Positions 37,456-51,488 of a stretch of DNA of 64,000 nucleotides are shown piece by piece. Origin of the DNA: Camelus dromedarius (lineage: Eukaryota); the NCBI RefSeq assembly GCF_036321535.1, contig NC_087438.1:13952001-14016000 (forward strand). The letters run 5' to 3'. A program made the position numbers and the translations under genes. The first letter of the stretch is position 1, and each line of letters starts with the position of its first letter. The notes beneath the pieces were generated by a model. That model was not told where the DNA came from. It saw only the letters and a program-made list of their open reading frames with translations, and did not search any database.

Positions 37456-38809
37456 AATGAAAACTCCTTTTACTCGTAGAATCGGGCATCTCCTCTCGTG
37501 TTATCTCTTGATACCCTTGGTATTGAGAAGACTAATCGTAATTCTTCATTTTCTCTGAAATAAATTGATCTGTGCCCACAGTTTTTCTCTATATGATTCC
37601 CATAAGTGTTTTAATCTTCAGCAATGTTAATAAAGGACCAAGTAATTTAGTGCAATCTTCTTTACTGGTTGGTGATGTTAATCCCCTGAAAGTGCAGGAG
37701 AGCTTACTTTGAAAGACCAGCTCCATAGGAACAGTGATGTGAGTGAACAAAAACAATATGATAATAACATAGGTATTATCTGACAGAAAGATAAGAAGCT
37801 TTGAGAAATACTCTGTCAATACCTGTATTGAAAAACAAAGTATAGCTTTACTGGGAACGGGGATATTGTCAATGATAATATTTGATGGCAGCGTTTGTTT
37901 TTAATCTCCTCGTCAGTGATAATTTAAATGTCCAGATTTTAAAACTCAAACCCTCTCATTATAGACAACAATAAAATAGTGTTCAACACAGTTATTTTCA
38001 GAAATGATTTTTCTTAAGATACATAGTTGCTGGGATATGATTAAATGAGAAATTTCTTGAGGTGACGCCCACCCACATTCCACCAAGAACAATAATGACT
38101 TGTTTTATTTAACAGTAAACAATATTTTGCCATATTAATCATTTTTTTTCTAATTTGAGACACAAAGGAAATGAGAAAGCTAATCCATAAATGGTTGTCC
38201 TTTCACGATGCTCCAGTATTTTCTTTTTCCTTTTTCTTTTTTTTTTTTTGGCTTCTTTTTAGACTGCTAGTAATTACTAGAAGCTGTCAGGTTAAATATC
38301 ATTAGATTAAATATCTTCAGAAACCAAATTATGTGCCAAAGAGTAATATCTTATGGCTTCTGAAATATTTAAAAAGCCACGATAGTCTTTTGAAATAGTT
38401 ATTTATATGTTTCTAGCTATTTATTTTAGCAATTAAACTATATTTTTGACAAAACCAGATGATTATAATGTAGAAGTGTTTTAGTTCTGGCTTATATCCA
38501 GATTTTTGGAAATTTTAAACCTTATTAACCCACGTAGAAATTAATAGGAACCATAATTTTAAGAAGAAATATAAATTTCCAGATATTTCTTGTGATATTT
38601 CTTTGGATAGTGAATCCAAATATCTCTATAAAAATGTTACTAAAATATTTCTTTTAATTAACTCAAATAACTTCAGTCAGCTTCCTGCATTCCACTTTTT
38701 CATGGTTTAAATTTCACAAGCCTAACTTACTCCTGCAATCAGAATAATAATGCTTAAAGTACTATGGTAGTTTTCTATGCAGCAAACTCTACAATTATAA
38801 ACACATGTA

Positions 38810-38940
38810 ATTGTTACCATAAAGCTGTGGGAGCGCTGGTATAATATTCTCCCTTTAAATTACTTGATCGAGTTCACACAGGCGAAATGGGCGAAGTCAG
38901 ACCAAGGTCCAGGCAGTCTGACCTCTCTATCATTACACAA
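38810..38940 (-). mobile_element. MIR fragment
   Basis: TAAATTACTTGATCGAGTTCACACAGGC..CCAGGCAGTCTGAC. Confidence 0.55.
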
Positions 38941-41900
38941 ATCACATCCTTAACAAAGAAACATTTATGCAAATCAAATTTCACAAGATCCTCACAAACT
39001 GAATAGGAAATGAAGAGAAAAAGGTACAGTTTCCTGCATTACATCCTCTAGTTTTTCTGACATAGTAGCAGAAATGATAATATTCAAGTCATAAGTTTAC
39101 ATCATAGTGAATTTGGGGAGGAGCAGAGGGTTCAACTTAATAGGCAGGAAATGAGAAATGTTCTTCCTAAGGATTTGCAAATGTAAGAGGTCAGAACATT
39201 TAAGTTGATTTTGCACAGTGAAGGGACTATATAAAAAACGGATTTTCACATAAGAATTTAATTTAAAAAATCCAACTATTTTTGCAAAAAAAAAAAAAAA
39301 TTCAAGGAGAGAGGATAAAAAAGAAAGGAAACCAGCAGGTGCTAACCCATGCCGCACGCCCAAGGGGCCATGAGCTCCCAGAGAGCTAGGAAGGGTGCAC
39401 AGAGAGTGAATGGGACAGAAGGAAAGAGCTGCTCTGATTTGGAGAGTTGCTTTGTAGTTTTATCATCATTTCCTTTTCTGCTAACTTCCGTGCCATGATT
39501 TTATTTGCTTTCCCTTTCTATAATTTTTCATTGTTTCTTCTTCAGATCATTTCCCCTTCCAGTTAAGAAACTCTTCCAATCATCCCTATAAAATTGTAAG
39601 CTCACTGCCCTACTGATTTTACTTATCAGGAGAAATTAGAAAAGTAGCTTACTTTACACAGATGTCAGTTTATCATTTTCACAACACTGCAAAATGTATA
39701 ATTTTATTAAAAAATAGCAACAACTTAATTTGCAAACAATTTTTTTCTGCCAAGGAAATAATTAGAGATGGATGAAATTATTTAAATATATATTTTGTTC
39801 TTTTTTATACAGAATCACCCTTGAATCATTCATTCTGTAAATGGATATTTGTACCTCCTCACCTCCCTCACCTATTTCTCTCATCCCACCACTCAATATA
39901 TTAACGTATATAAATAAATATATATTGATCAAGGTGATAAAGGTGTTATTTAAAAGACAAAAGTACTGAAAAAAAAGAAAATTCATTAATAGAACAATGT
40001 TTAATATAATAAAATATAAATACATTTTATTATATGTATTATATATACATATGCATAGGAATAATAAAAGATAGAATAGAAATATGTAAAATATAGCTTT
40101 GTTCAGATGGGAAAATAACACCCAAAAACTGTCAGTAACCTAATAAATTACAAATCAGAAACCTAATGAAAACAGTTTGTAACTGCTAAATGCCTAAGAA
40201 ATACATTAATTCTACAATAAATATGGCACTTTACCTTAGAAAAAACCCTTGAATTTGCTCATAAAAGTGGCTATTGGAAGAGCTGCAGCTTGAATTACAG
40301 TCGAGGGATGGAAGATGTGTTCTCTGAAATAGGGTGGGAAAGTTGTAACACATGATGTGAGTAGGTGTGGGGGTGCTCATTACACCTGCAGTGAGGTAGC
40401 TGGTAGATGTCTGAAGTGTGTGTGTGTGTCTGTGCACATATTGTGTATTCAGTTGGATGTAGTCTTCTGTATTCACCTTGTATTTCTTATGGATCAAAAA
40501 GTGCATAAGCAAATGCAAAATTTGCAGTATGCAAAAATTATCACTTTGGAGTACATTTGTGTTTACAAAACAAGCTTTATAGCAGAACCCACTGTATTTC
40601 AAGTTCACCAAATCACAACTATTTGCATTGTCACAGAGAAACAGGGCACTTATAATTACAACTAGAATTATCACAGATGTTTTCCCTGCCACGAAAACCC
40701 AATCAAGGATCACAGCCAGCTAGTGACAAGAACCTATGGACAAAATTGTGGGGCGCTGAAAACATAACAAAGAAAGAAGGAAAATAAACTGTAGTTTTAC
40801 TGTCTAGAAAACCATGTGATTTTAATTAAGCCATTACTGTATAAACAAAATAGTAATAACTGTGTACTAATTTAAATTTATTTGAAAAAAAAATTAGTTT
40901 TGCTCCTTTCAACTCATCACAGACAATCACCTAAGGTGGAAAAGTGATTCAGTATACACTTAATTAGCTTGTGCTTCTTTAAATATAATTTAATTAAAGG
41001 AAGACATTATACCTATAATATCAAAAGAGTTGATTATATGATCTTAAGTATTGTAGATTCTCAATTTATATCTAGATTTCTGAACTACGGAGAGCTTTAT
41101 TAAGTATTTACATAAAATTCTTTGAAAATATAGAGAACACTCAGAAAGAAAAGAGGGCTCTAATAATCAACATTTCAGCCATCTTCAAAGTTTAGACAGT
41201 GTTTATAAGCAACACTTATAAAAATTGTTTCAAAACAGGTATTTATTTCAACAGCAATCCTCTTACTGTTTGTTAAATCTATATTACCTCTAAATCTCCA
41301 CTCTCAGAATTAGTAAAAGAAAAACCATATTTTTCAATTTCAAGCAATAAATAGTCTTAGAAATAATGTCAAATAATTGAAATCAACTTTGTGTTTTGAA
41401 AAGTTAAAAAGTAAGTTAAAACTTTTAAATATTGTCTAAAAGAATTCAAGTGCATCTTCCTTGGGAATTTCTCATTGGGAAGGATTTTATTATTTCTATA
41501 TAATTAGTAGTCTGTTATCTCCCACCATATCCATTCCTGAAAATTCTTGGTATCTCACTTTGGCACTTTATTTTAATCTTTCCCAAACTTTACTTATAAC
41601 TTGGTTACAAAATACTGATTGTAAATAATCAAAAATATGGATGAGGCCTCTAGGAAACAATACCAGGAATGTGGAAACTGAGAAATCTGGGTCAAATTCC
41701 ATTCCAAATTTGTTCTAATCCGTCTCAGATTTAGGATAGTTGTCTATTTTCCTCTTTTGCACGTTTTAGTCCATAAGCATGTACACGCACATACATTTGC
41801 AAAAAGGGGCGCACAAACATAACCCAGCCTCCAAGGATGAGAAGGCGCTTCCACCACATTAATAGGTCCAGTCTCCTCAATCTAAGAGGAGACTCTCTGT

Positions 41901-42269
41901 AAGAGAGTACTTAAAGTTTTCAGGCTATATTCTCAAGCTATGCATTCTCCGGACAACTGTCCATTATTGAAATCTGTTCTGAACAATGTGACTGGAAAGT
42001 ATAGAGGATGTAAGCAAAATTCTATTTAGGAAAATTAATAAAATCTTTTAAATGAAAATTAATGACAGAAAGTGATAACCAAGAGTATTTTTTTCCCATA
42101 TGCTCATCTATTTTGAATTCGCAACTTATCTGACAACAAGAAAATAAGAAAAAATAATTTGCACATATTTTAAAGCAGATATAGAAAGTCTTAAAGAAGG
42201 TAAAATATAAACTTTGATTGATATTAAAAGGTATTTCACATTCTTGAGTCCATATTTCACTAGCTTAAC

Positions 42270-42476
42270 AATCATGTTGCTGCAATGCCCAGTACATAGA
42301 TTCTCAAGTTAATTTATAATTAAGCTTTCTGTGTGTACGTGTATGATGGCAGGGGCAGGTTGTTAATCTTTACCTTTTATTCCTATTACCTGCTAGAAGC
42401 TCTGGCACTTTGTTGGAGATGAATGTTAATGAGTGTTTATTGAATGGTAATGAATACTTGTTGAATAAATGAATGA
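42270..42476 (+). mobile_element. L2 3' tail(s)
   Basis: GATGGCAGGGGCAGGTTG..CTCTGGCAC..AATACTTGTTGAATAAATGAATG. Confidence 0.6.
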
Positions 42477-43699
42477 CAAGGTCAACTACATGTGATGAAT
42501 TACATCATACAATAAGGTCAGAAGGCTTAGGTGGCACTTCAAGAGGGATCGCTAGGAGAAATTATGTCAAGAGGAGAGGAGATCTTGCTACAGTTTGGGA
42601 ACAGTGCTTAGTAACACCTAAGACAGTGCCTGAGACAGAGTGGTGCTCAGGTAATTAGCATCGATTGAACCCGGGGCTTTGTCCTTTATTCCACTTGATT
42701 GCCTTTGGTACAACAAAATACTACTTTCCCGGTGTGTGACTGTGTGCACACGTCCGTGCGTGCGTGTGTGAAACGGACAGGGAATTAAAGTGCCAGGACT
42801 GTGTGTGTGCATACAGAACAATGCAGCAATTGGTTGGAAGGATACACTCATAATTATTATTTTTTTCTATTGACCATCTGTCTCCAAACTAATGATTTTT
42901 TTTTTATTGAGTAAGTACACATTAGGGGCATAAACTGTGGTTATGTTGTATCTTTGCTACAAAGGCTACTTTCAAAAAAAATCATCACAGGCTTAAATCT
43001 AAGGATGCAGGGCTCTTGGATATTAGATATCATTTTGCTACCCAGAGAGAGATCAAATGAATGATCACTGATCTGCTTATACAACAGAAATAGCTTGTCG
43101 ACTCCAAGAAAAACTAAGAACACATTCAAAGCCTGAAAATGTAATAGACTTTTTTTTGCCTGACATACAATCAGTTACAAAAATAGTCACAAAACTGCAA
43201 TTATTGTTCCAAAGTTGACTGACAGTGACACATGGGCTTGTCCTCTACATAGGTTTCCACATGGCAATCAGCATCCTAGGGGCTGCAATCAGGAATAGGT
43301 TACTGCTCCCTGAGTTGACACTTGGATAACTTCAGCTCTTTGAGTCAAAGTCAGAATTTATTGCAAGCACCAGGTATATCAACCTTTAACTTCAACTACA
43401 ACCAAAGTTAAATTTCCTTACATGTGTGAGAAGGTTAAACAATTTCCAGAAGTGAGCTTATCTTCAACATCGCCAATCAAAAGCTAGAACATACCCTCAA
43501 ACACAGAAGTTAAAAGAAGGTTGATTGCACTCCTGTTACCCAATGTCAAATAAGATTATATATTTCCACAGTTATTTACTTATACATTGCAGTGCCACTT
43601 TATTGCAATTAAATTATATTACAATGATAATTCCTTGGTATGATTTGTATGTGTGTGGTTCTGCGTGTGTGTGTCCATGTGTATAAGTCTCTAAATATT

Positions 43700-43870
43700 C
43701 ACATCTATCCTGACACGAAATTAAGGGAGGCATTTTTATTCCCATTTTATAAGGGAGAAAATTGAAGCTTAGGGTCAAGAACTGATTTAATTAGGCCACA
43801 TGGGGAGCATATGATGGAAAAGAAATGGAACTCTATCATCTAAATCTGGATCCAATGTTCACACTCTTAT
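43700..43870 (-). mobile_element. MIR SINE
   Basis: TTTTATTCCCATTTTATAAGGGAGAAAATTGAAGCTTAGGG..GGCCACATGG. Confidence 0.65.
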
Positions 43871-46800
43871 AAAATTTGCTTCCCAGAGCTTACCAGTGAT
43901 CTTTTGCCTTTTTTCAGATCATGTCTGAACTTCAAAGTAAATGCAATATTACATTTCATTCAAGTTAACTGTCTCTTTAAGTTGAAACCCTGGAAGCAAA
44001 TGAAAACTCAGAATTTTTATTGGCATTTGAAGGAGTTTTGTTCACCAGTACAGTTTTACATGTCCCCACAGAAAAGACTATTTAATTACTAAAAGCAAAT
44101 CAACTACTTTATTTCATAGATTTCAAAGATTAGGTAACTATAGGCCATTTGTGTTCCAGACCAGTTAGCTGTAATGGGTCATTCATCCTTGGAATTACCA
44201 CATAGTATCATATAAATATCTCATGGGACAAATAAGCCTCATTGCTCTATTTTGTTATGATTTAAAAATGGTTGAATAGGTTGTGGTAGTCATGAGTGCA
44301 TGGAGTTTAATTAATTTTTAATAAAGACCATTAACTTAAGTATAGACTTTTTCCATCTGTCTAAAACTTTCATGTAAATAATTCTCTAAACACTCTTTAA
44401 AAAAAAAACTTGTGTCTTGATTTGGGGCTTAAAAATACATTCATGATAAACTTAGAAGAAACTGTAAGTGTCAGTGTACTTTATGGGCAAAGATGCACTA
44501 CAGAGGATATAGGGATATTGCAAATTAACATAACCTTTAGTGACAGAGAGAGTGGAGTTTGTCTAAATGCTGTCACCACTGAAAAGAGTTTTCAGTGGAA
44601 TCTCATTTTGAATATGGTTTATTATCTAAAAAGAGACCACAGGAGCCACCCAGTTGTTCTCAATAATACCCAACATATTCACTATTTATAAAGGTGGCTT
44701 AAAATAAGATCGGACATATTTTGTCTCATTCTATAGGGAATGTACGATGGACGCAGTTAATTTATATAATTGTAAGGGCCAGTTCAGAAGTTTTGTTTTG
44801 TTTCCTGGTAATTTTTTTTCTTTAAATCTGAGAAGGAGGATTTAGACTTTGATTTCATTCCATTAACTGAACAAAGTTAACATTTCAGAGCCTAGCAGAT
44901 ACAAGACAAGGAACAGACACTGACAGGATGAATGAATTAGTTGAAATAAATCCTACAATAAGTAATTTTGCTTTTATATGAAATATAGAAGTACCTGGAA
45001 GCTTCAGTTGAAACACAAACCATTTTTTTAACAAAGAAAAAAATATCTGGAGAAGTAGAAGGTAACACCTGTTTTATGGGCTAAAAATATGATTCTCCGC
45101 CCACATATGTCCCAATATTTGGCAGATACTACAGGTGATTCTGTGATTTTTCAAATACAAAAGGAAATTAAATCTCATGGTTTATTGGAATGACAATAAT
45201 TAGCTATAAATCAATCTCAGTGGCATACTTCACATAACTCATGTTAATAGAACAACATAAAACTGATACATCATGTAAATTGTATTCTAAATGCAAAATC
45301 ATATATTAAATATGTATTCATTTTGACTGTAGACATATTGGTTTCCATAAGTGGTCTATATTTGAATCATTAATGTGTGATATAAAGAATTCCTTTTTAC
45401 TCGTCAGGACACTAGCAAACTGCAAAGCAGGGATCATTTTACTCAAGGTTTATTAATAAACTTGACCATATCTTCCCATGATACTATAGAAAATCATCAG
45501 AAGAAAACTGACACAGTGATATGATTGGACTATGAGTTCCCAGAGACAGAGTGAACCCATCTAAGCCTGTGTGGCTTCCGTTCAGTGATCCGCCTCTCTC
45601 TCCCTCAGATGAACGCAAGCCCTGTCCAGGGAAGTAGTTTGTATCTTGCCTGCTCCAAGTCTCTTATTAGTCAGGGATGCCTTACGGAAATCCACATGGA
45701 ATCTTCCTCCTGTTCCCAGCAGGTGACACATTTCTAAATACCATAAACACTGCACTTCTCAATTGCAGATAAATTCTACGTCTGTTTATATATTCCTGTC
45801 TTATCAAACCTGGGAGCTATTTTATCATGTCTGCAAAGAACTGTATACATTACAGAACCAAAAACTTCAACCTGTAGCTCAGAATAGGTCACATTCTTGA
45901 TAATGAACTTATTCGGAGGAAATAATTGATGTGAATCCATATTTTAAAATATGGATGTTTTCTGAAAATAAATTAGCTTTATCTGTTTTTCTAAGAACAT
46001 TACTACTATTTTGTAATTTTGTACACTGAGCTCAAAGACATTATTCTGTTTATAGCTACTTGAAACACAATTTAGTAGATACATAGAAAATTAAAATCAG
46101 AGATAGCAACCCTTTGGAATCCAAATGTCAAGAAAGTGGTTTTCTGTATTGCGTATGTTGAATTTGACTCAATAAATAATAAAATACTTCCAAAGGTTAG
46201 ATATTTATCTTTAAAGTAGCTATATCTTTGAAATTATGATATGAGTTAAGAATTACCTTCAATCCAAAGTCAGTGCATGAATAGGCAGAATGTCATAGAT
46301 AGGAAACTGCATAGTAAAAATTGAAAGTAGGCAAGATTTTCATCCATAAAAATCATTGAATCATTTTAGATAACTGTGTGTGAAATTAAAATAAAAGAAT
46401 GAATCCATAGAAATGAAAATTTTGTAAAAAGAGGGAAGAGGGAGAGGGGGAGAGCTCTAAGTGTATGTGTTTCAATGTTTATGTGCCTTGAAGAGACCAT
46501 GGTAGGTGACTGGACCCCTTGGACTTCAGAGAAACGCTCATCAACTAAGGTTTGACTTGAAAGTGAAATAGCAGAACATGACTATCAACTGGATGCTCTC
46601 AGCATAAGGTATAACGGTAGTTTTCATCATAAATATTCCTTAGGACTTTCATGTCAGTGTGTTTCTCTTTTCTACAAGGTCTAAAACATAACTGAGTCTT
46701 CTCTATAGGGCAACAGTAGCAAAACAGAGCACAAGTTAGACCCTAACCAGCATTCCCTCTGTTTTGAAATACTGAATGAGTTATATTCCAGCTAATACCT

Positions 46801-47546
46801 GCCTTCGTGTTTCTAATACAGCATCATTTCAGTGATCAGGGTCTTTATGTAATAGGTTAATTCAGCATGTACTCAGGCTAAATAATGTTTCCAAATTATA
46901 CTTCAAAAAAAATAAGTGAAACCAGTATCCAGACCACAGTATGTAGATTCCGTCTTTCCACCAAGGAACACGTCCATATTCTAAAGATGTCTTTAGACCA
47001 AAAGTGTTTTGTATGTTCAATTTGTTCCAGATATTACTTAATACACTCTTACAACATTTTCCCCAGAGATATCCCTCTTCTGTTTTACCTTGTGAAAAAG
47101 ACAGATTCAATTATTTGCCTAAAGTAGTCATTATCCTATGCCCCATCAAAATTATTTAGCTTTTGAGTACATAAGAGTCTGCACAATTTATCCTCTGAAT
47201 GAGAGTTATAAACTGAACTCCAACTGCTTGCTTAGAACATCCATGCTATACTTGCAGGGAGCAAATAACACCAATGTCATTCAAAGGCACATATCTAAAC
47301 AACAGGAAAATCTTATCAGAGACAGAAAAGGTTTTAAGGAGATGAGAAAATTAAATTTAAGGCAACAGACATTTGTTTCCTTTTTTTTTGGTGGTAAAAT
47401 ATACATAACACAAAATGGCACTGGGTGTGTTTTAGTCGCTTACCCTAATGCAATGCTATACGCTAGGAGGTGTGGATAAACAAAGACAAAATAGGCATGT
47501 TTGGTCTCAAGAATAATGCAGTGTAGTCATATATACAATATAGAAA

Positions 47547-47893
47547 TATATGCGCAGAAAAAAGAAGACACGAATGAACTTATCTACGCCACAGAAACAG
47601 ACTCAACAGACATAGTAAATAAGCTTATGGCTACCAGCGGGAGAAGGGATGGGAAGGGACAAATTGGGAGTTTGAAATGTGTAAATACCAACTTCTGTAT
47701 ATAAAATAGATAAAAAACAAATTTCTGCTGTATAGCACAGGGAACTATATTCACTATCTTGTAATAAACTATAATGAAAAAGAATATGAAAACAAATATA
47801 TGTACATATATATATGACTAAAACATTATGCTGGACACCAGAAATTGACACATTGTAACTGACTATATACCTCAATAAAAAATAAACATAAAT
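47547..47893 (+). mobile_element. Lineage-specific LINE-1 3' end (cetartiodactyl/camelid type), 5'-truncated
   Basis: ATGAACTTATCTAC..ACAGAAACAGACTC; CTGCTGTATAGCACAGGGAACTATATTCA..TATCTTGTAATAA; ACACCAGAAATTGACACATTGTAACTGACTATA..CAATAAAAAA. Confidence 0.92.
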
Positions 47894-47899
47894 AATGAC

Positions 47900-48075
47900 C
47901 ATATTAGTCAAAATGGATATGTACATTAGGAGCTATCCTTGGTATCTCAAATGTATTATCTCTTAATCTCCAAAATCATCATGTAAGATACTTACTGGTT
48001 TTCTCATTCTACAGATGATGAAATATAGACTCAGACAGAATAAATTACTTTTCTGAAGTCAAACCATTAACTCTT
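47900..48075 (-). mobile_element. MIR SINE
   Basis: TTCTCATTCTACAGATGATGAAATATAGACTCAGACAGAATAAATTACTTTTCTGAAGTCA core. Confidence 0.7.
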
Positions 48076-51000
48076 TCCATTTTGCCATGCTCATTTTCTC
48101 ACATAAATGTAGTTACTGGAGATCATTTGATTGAGGTAGCCCACAGATAGTGTATCGGAATGGTTCATTGAGAAAGAGATGACAAAAGAAATTGAAAAAA
48201 AATTAAAAGCTTTAGTCTCCATGTCTCAATAAATTATTTCATTGTTGAGTATTCTATTATCCTGCCCTATTCTCCAGTACTTTCTCTCATCCATCGAGAA
48301 TCTTCATTTTTGATTTTCCCGACAAGAAAGTGTTACAAACATGAATATTGAAAGGTGTTGAGGCAACATAAGGATTGAGAACGACAGCTATAAATAAAAA
48401 GCTATATACTTGAGAAATACTGGAGAGAGAGCAATTCATTCTGAAAATCAAATCTGGTGCCATGAGTCATTCAGCTTTCTTGGCTCTTAATTAAACTTAG
48501 AGAAGCTGGAGGTGTTAATATTATTGATTGTATTGACAAGTAGTTATCAAGTGCCTTAAATCAAAGACTGTTCCTCTGGGTAGACCAGCCCTATCAGTTG
48601 GCTCCAGCTAGTAGTCAATCCAGCAGTCAGCGGGTGGGAGCAGCTCGCCAGTGTTTGGCAGGACTGAGGGGATGTGAACAACAATGAGCCATTTTGACAG
48701 GCGTACTGCTGTTGCTGGATTTGTTTTCAAGTGATGATATCAGAGGGAACTGAGCGCTTTGAGTGTGTAGAGGCGGTTTCAGTAAAACCATAAGCAAACC
48801 ATAAATGCTCAGTGAGCAGAGGAAATGCCACATATAAGGCCTCATAAATATCTATTCACACAATGAATAAATGAACAAATGCTTTGAGAATGTGGAACAA
48901 ATGTCAGTGGTGGGCCATAACTGGATGATATTGACACATACATCTATATAATTTATAATCATATCATAACTTATAAAATGTCCATTCTAGGTAGGTAAAT
49001 AGATAGCAGAAGGCTTTTCAAAGCTGTGTGTGATGTATTTTTTGCATTTATTTTAGTTGTCAGAGGTTTGCATGTGCAACTTCTGCATAGGGAAGGATTG
49101 GGACCACAAAGCCCTCATCTGTTAATACTTAAGTTGCTGCTGCTTTGGATGAATGCTTCACAAACTAAGACTGACAGTCTCCTGTGGGTCTTTTGCAAGC
49201 ACGGTTCTGCCGATGGCAAAGTGTGCCTGTTGGTCCGTTCCCATGGACTCCCAGGACTGTGCATGTATTCGTGTTCCTGAGCATTCCCAGTAGGAAGGGC
49301 TTTTATTTTTCTCTCACAAGAATAGACCATGGGCCTTGTTGCTAGCATAACAGTTTCTTTACAATTTTCATTCTGTGAAACTCTTTAGTTATCATCAGAG
49401 TCAGAGGAAAAATTAGAAAATCTTTTTTTAAAAAGCATAGAAATTTGAGTGACTAATGTGGAACAATACAGTGAGAAAAAAAGATGAAGATGGAAAATGA
49501 GCAAGGTCAAGAAATACAGAGAACAAATAGTGACTGCAATGAGTCAATTATTGTGAATAGAAATAAAACCAGTAGTAGAGATACAGAAAGGATGAGAAAT
49601 ACAATTGAAATATTAAAATGTTTAAGCCATGCATATCTGGGGAAATATTTAACAAAATGGGAAACACGTGTGTTTTGAAAGAAGGCTGACGTATCTCTGC
49701 AAAGGAAGGACACAGGTAGCTCTGGGAAGGATGAAGAATTACTTCTATCAGAAAACCATTCCTACTGTACCACTGCTTGGAGAAGGGGAAGTCCCCTTGT
49801 AGGTGTCAGGTGAGCACAAGTAAAGCAAAGAAGATCTATTATTTCTCTGCATAACAATCAAGTTTCTGTGGAACATTCTGGAAGGTGTTGAGAAGATGGA
49901 AGCAAGAAAAAGTGTCCCAAAGAGTAAGGGAGAGGGAACTCCTTTGAAATAAAATGACAATTTAAACTTCCTATGGGTCAGATTAATGAAGAATCTGGAA
50001 CATTTAATTTTCTGTTTCAAGTTGGTTTCTTTTTGCATAGATTGGAAGTAACTCCCACACTTCCTCAACCTTCAAAAAATTCTGGTTCCTCCAGAATCCT
50101 GTGTTTTGTGCAAGACAGGACTGGCAATTCTGTTCTCCAGCAGTAGACTGAAGACAGCAAACTAATAGGAGCTAAAATTGGGCTTCGGACCTGGCAAGCA
50201 GAGGAGAAGCTTCTTCCCTACTTCTACTTTTCAAACCAGGAAACTTCAGAATACTGGAAACAGCAGTTTTCTTTCCACACTGCATGGGATGGGAGCTTGC
50301 ACTATTTATTTAAATTTTAAAAGACAGGTTTATTGCAAAAATTTGGAAGAGTTAGGCACATAAGACCAAAGAAAAAGAGAAACGAGAAAGGGAAAAAATA
50401 GAAAAATAAATATTCTTAACAATCACAATATAATTACCATTTTCTGATTCAGATGTTCAACCTCTCTAAATTCAATAAGTAAAAGATAGGAAAATTTTTG
50501 AAAAATGAAATAGTTATGGTAAACCATGGTAATAACACAAAATGAGAGTTAATATTAGAAACTGGTGTTATATTGGAAACCACCCTCCCCAAATCATATT
50601 TCATTTTTATTAATATAGTGTTGTCTTCTATATGTCACATAATGTACTAACCATTATGGAAAATACAAAGATGAGTTATGAAAATTCTCAAGAAGTTTGC
50701 TTTCTAGGAATTCATTTTTCAATTATATACATATAAAATGTGTTGGTTTTCTTTGTGACTTTGCAACTCATTAGTGATTTTTTTTAATGATAATGTCCCC
50801 AAATACTTAATTTTCTAACAGTAGTTACATGTTCATTTTCTGGCATTCATTTGAGAAAGATCCTAAATTAGAAGGTTACATGTCTAACAAAAATAGAAAA
50901 ATAAAGAAAGATGTTTATAGAAGACTAAAGATGAGGCACATGTTAGAAAGTATAAGAAAAATAATAGTTACGAAAAAATGAAAGTCCCAGTGAAAATAAA

Positions 51001-51167
51001 TCACTTTTTCTACAGAACTTTCATAAACTTAGCTTTATACTTAGAGTTAGATAATGTATCCCCTCAATAAAAATAATAAGAAGCCTATTTCCCCGTGTAA
51101 GGTGCTATTTGGGACCCGGATTGGAGCACAACAAAAACATGGTCCTGTTCACACCTTACAGGAGCTG

Positions 51168-51488
51168 TGATGATATCACTTATACGTGAAATCTGAAAAA
51201 GTTAAACCTGTAAAAAACAGAATAAAATATTGGTCACCAGGCGACAGTGGGGATGGGAGGATAAGAGTGATGGTTTTTGAGAGTGCAAACTTGTAACAAC
51301 TATTAAATAATCCACAGAGATCAAATGTACAGTATAGTGAATGTAGACAGTACTCCTGTACTATAATTATGTGATAAATATCACTACATCAGCAATCATA
51401 TTATAATAAGTAAATGTTTTAACACGGTGTACACCTTAAACTTATGCAATGTTACATGTCAAATTTATTCAATTAAAAAGAAAAAAAG
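51168..51488 (+). mobile_element. LINE-1 3'UTR fragment with A-rich tail
   Basis: ATGATATCACTTATACGTGAAATCTGAAAAAGTTAAAC..; GTGTACACCTTAAACTTATGCAATGTTACATGTCAAATTTATTCAATTAAAAAGAAAAAAA. Confidence 0.85.

Noticed and set aside
39762..40713. 119-, 160- and 102-aa ORFs
   Set aside because: Low-complexity AT-rich or TG-repeat translation products overlapping on opposite strands; no domain recognised
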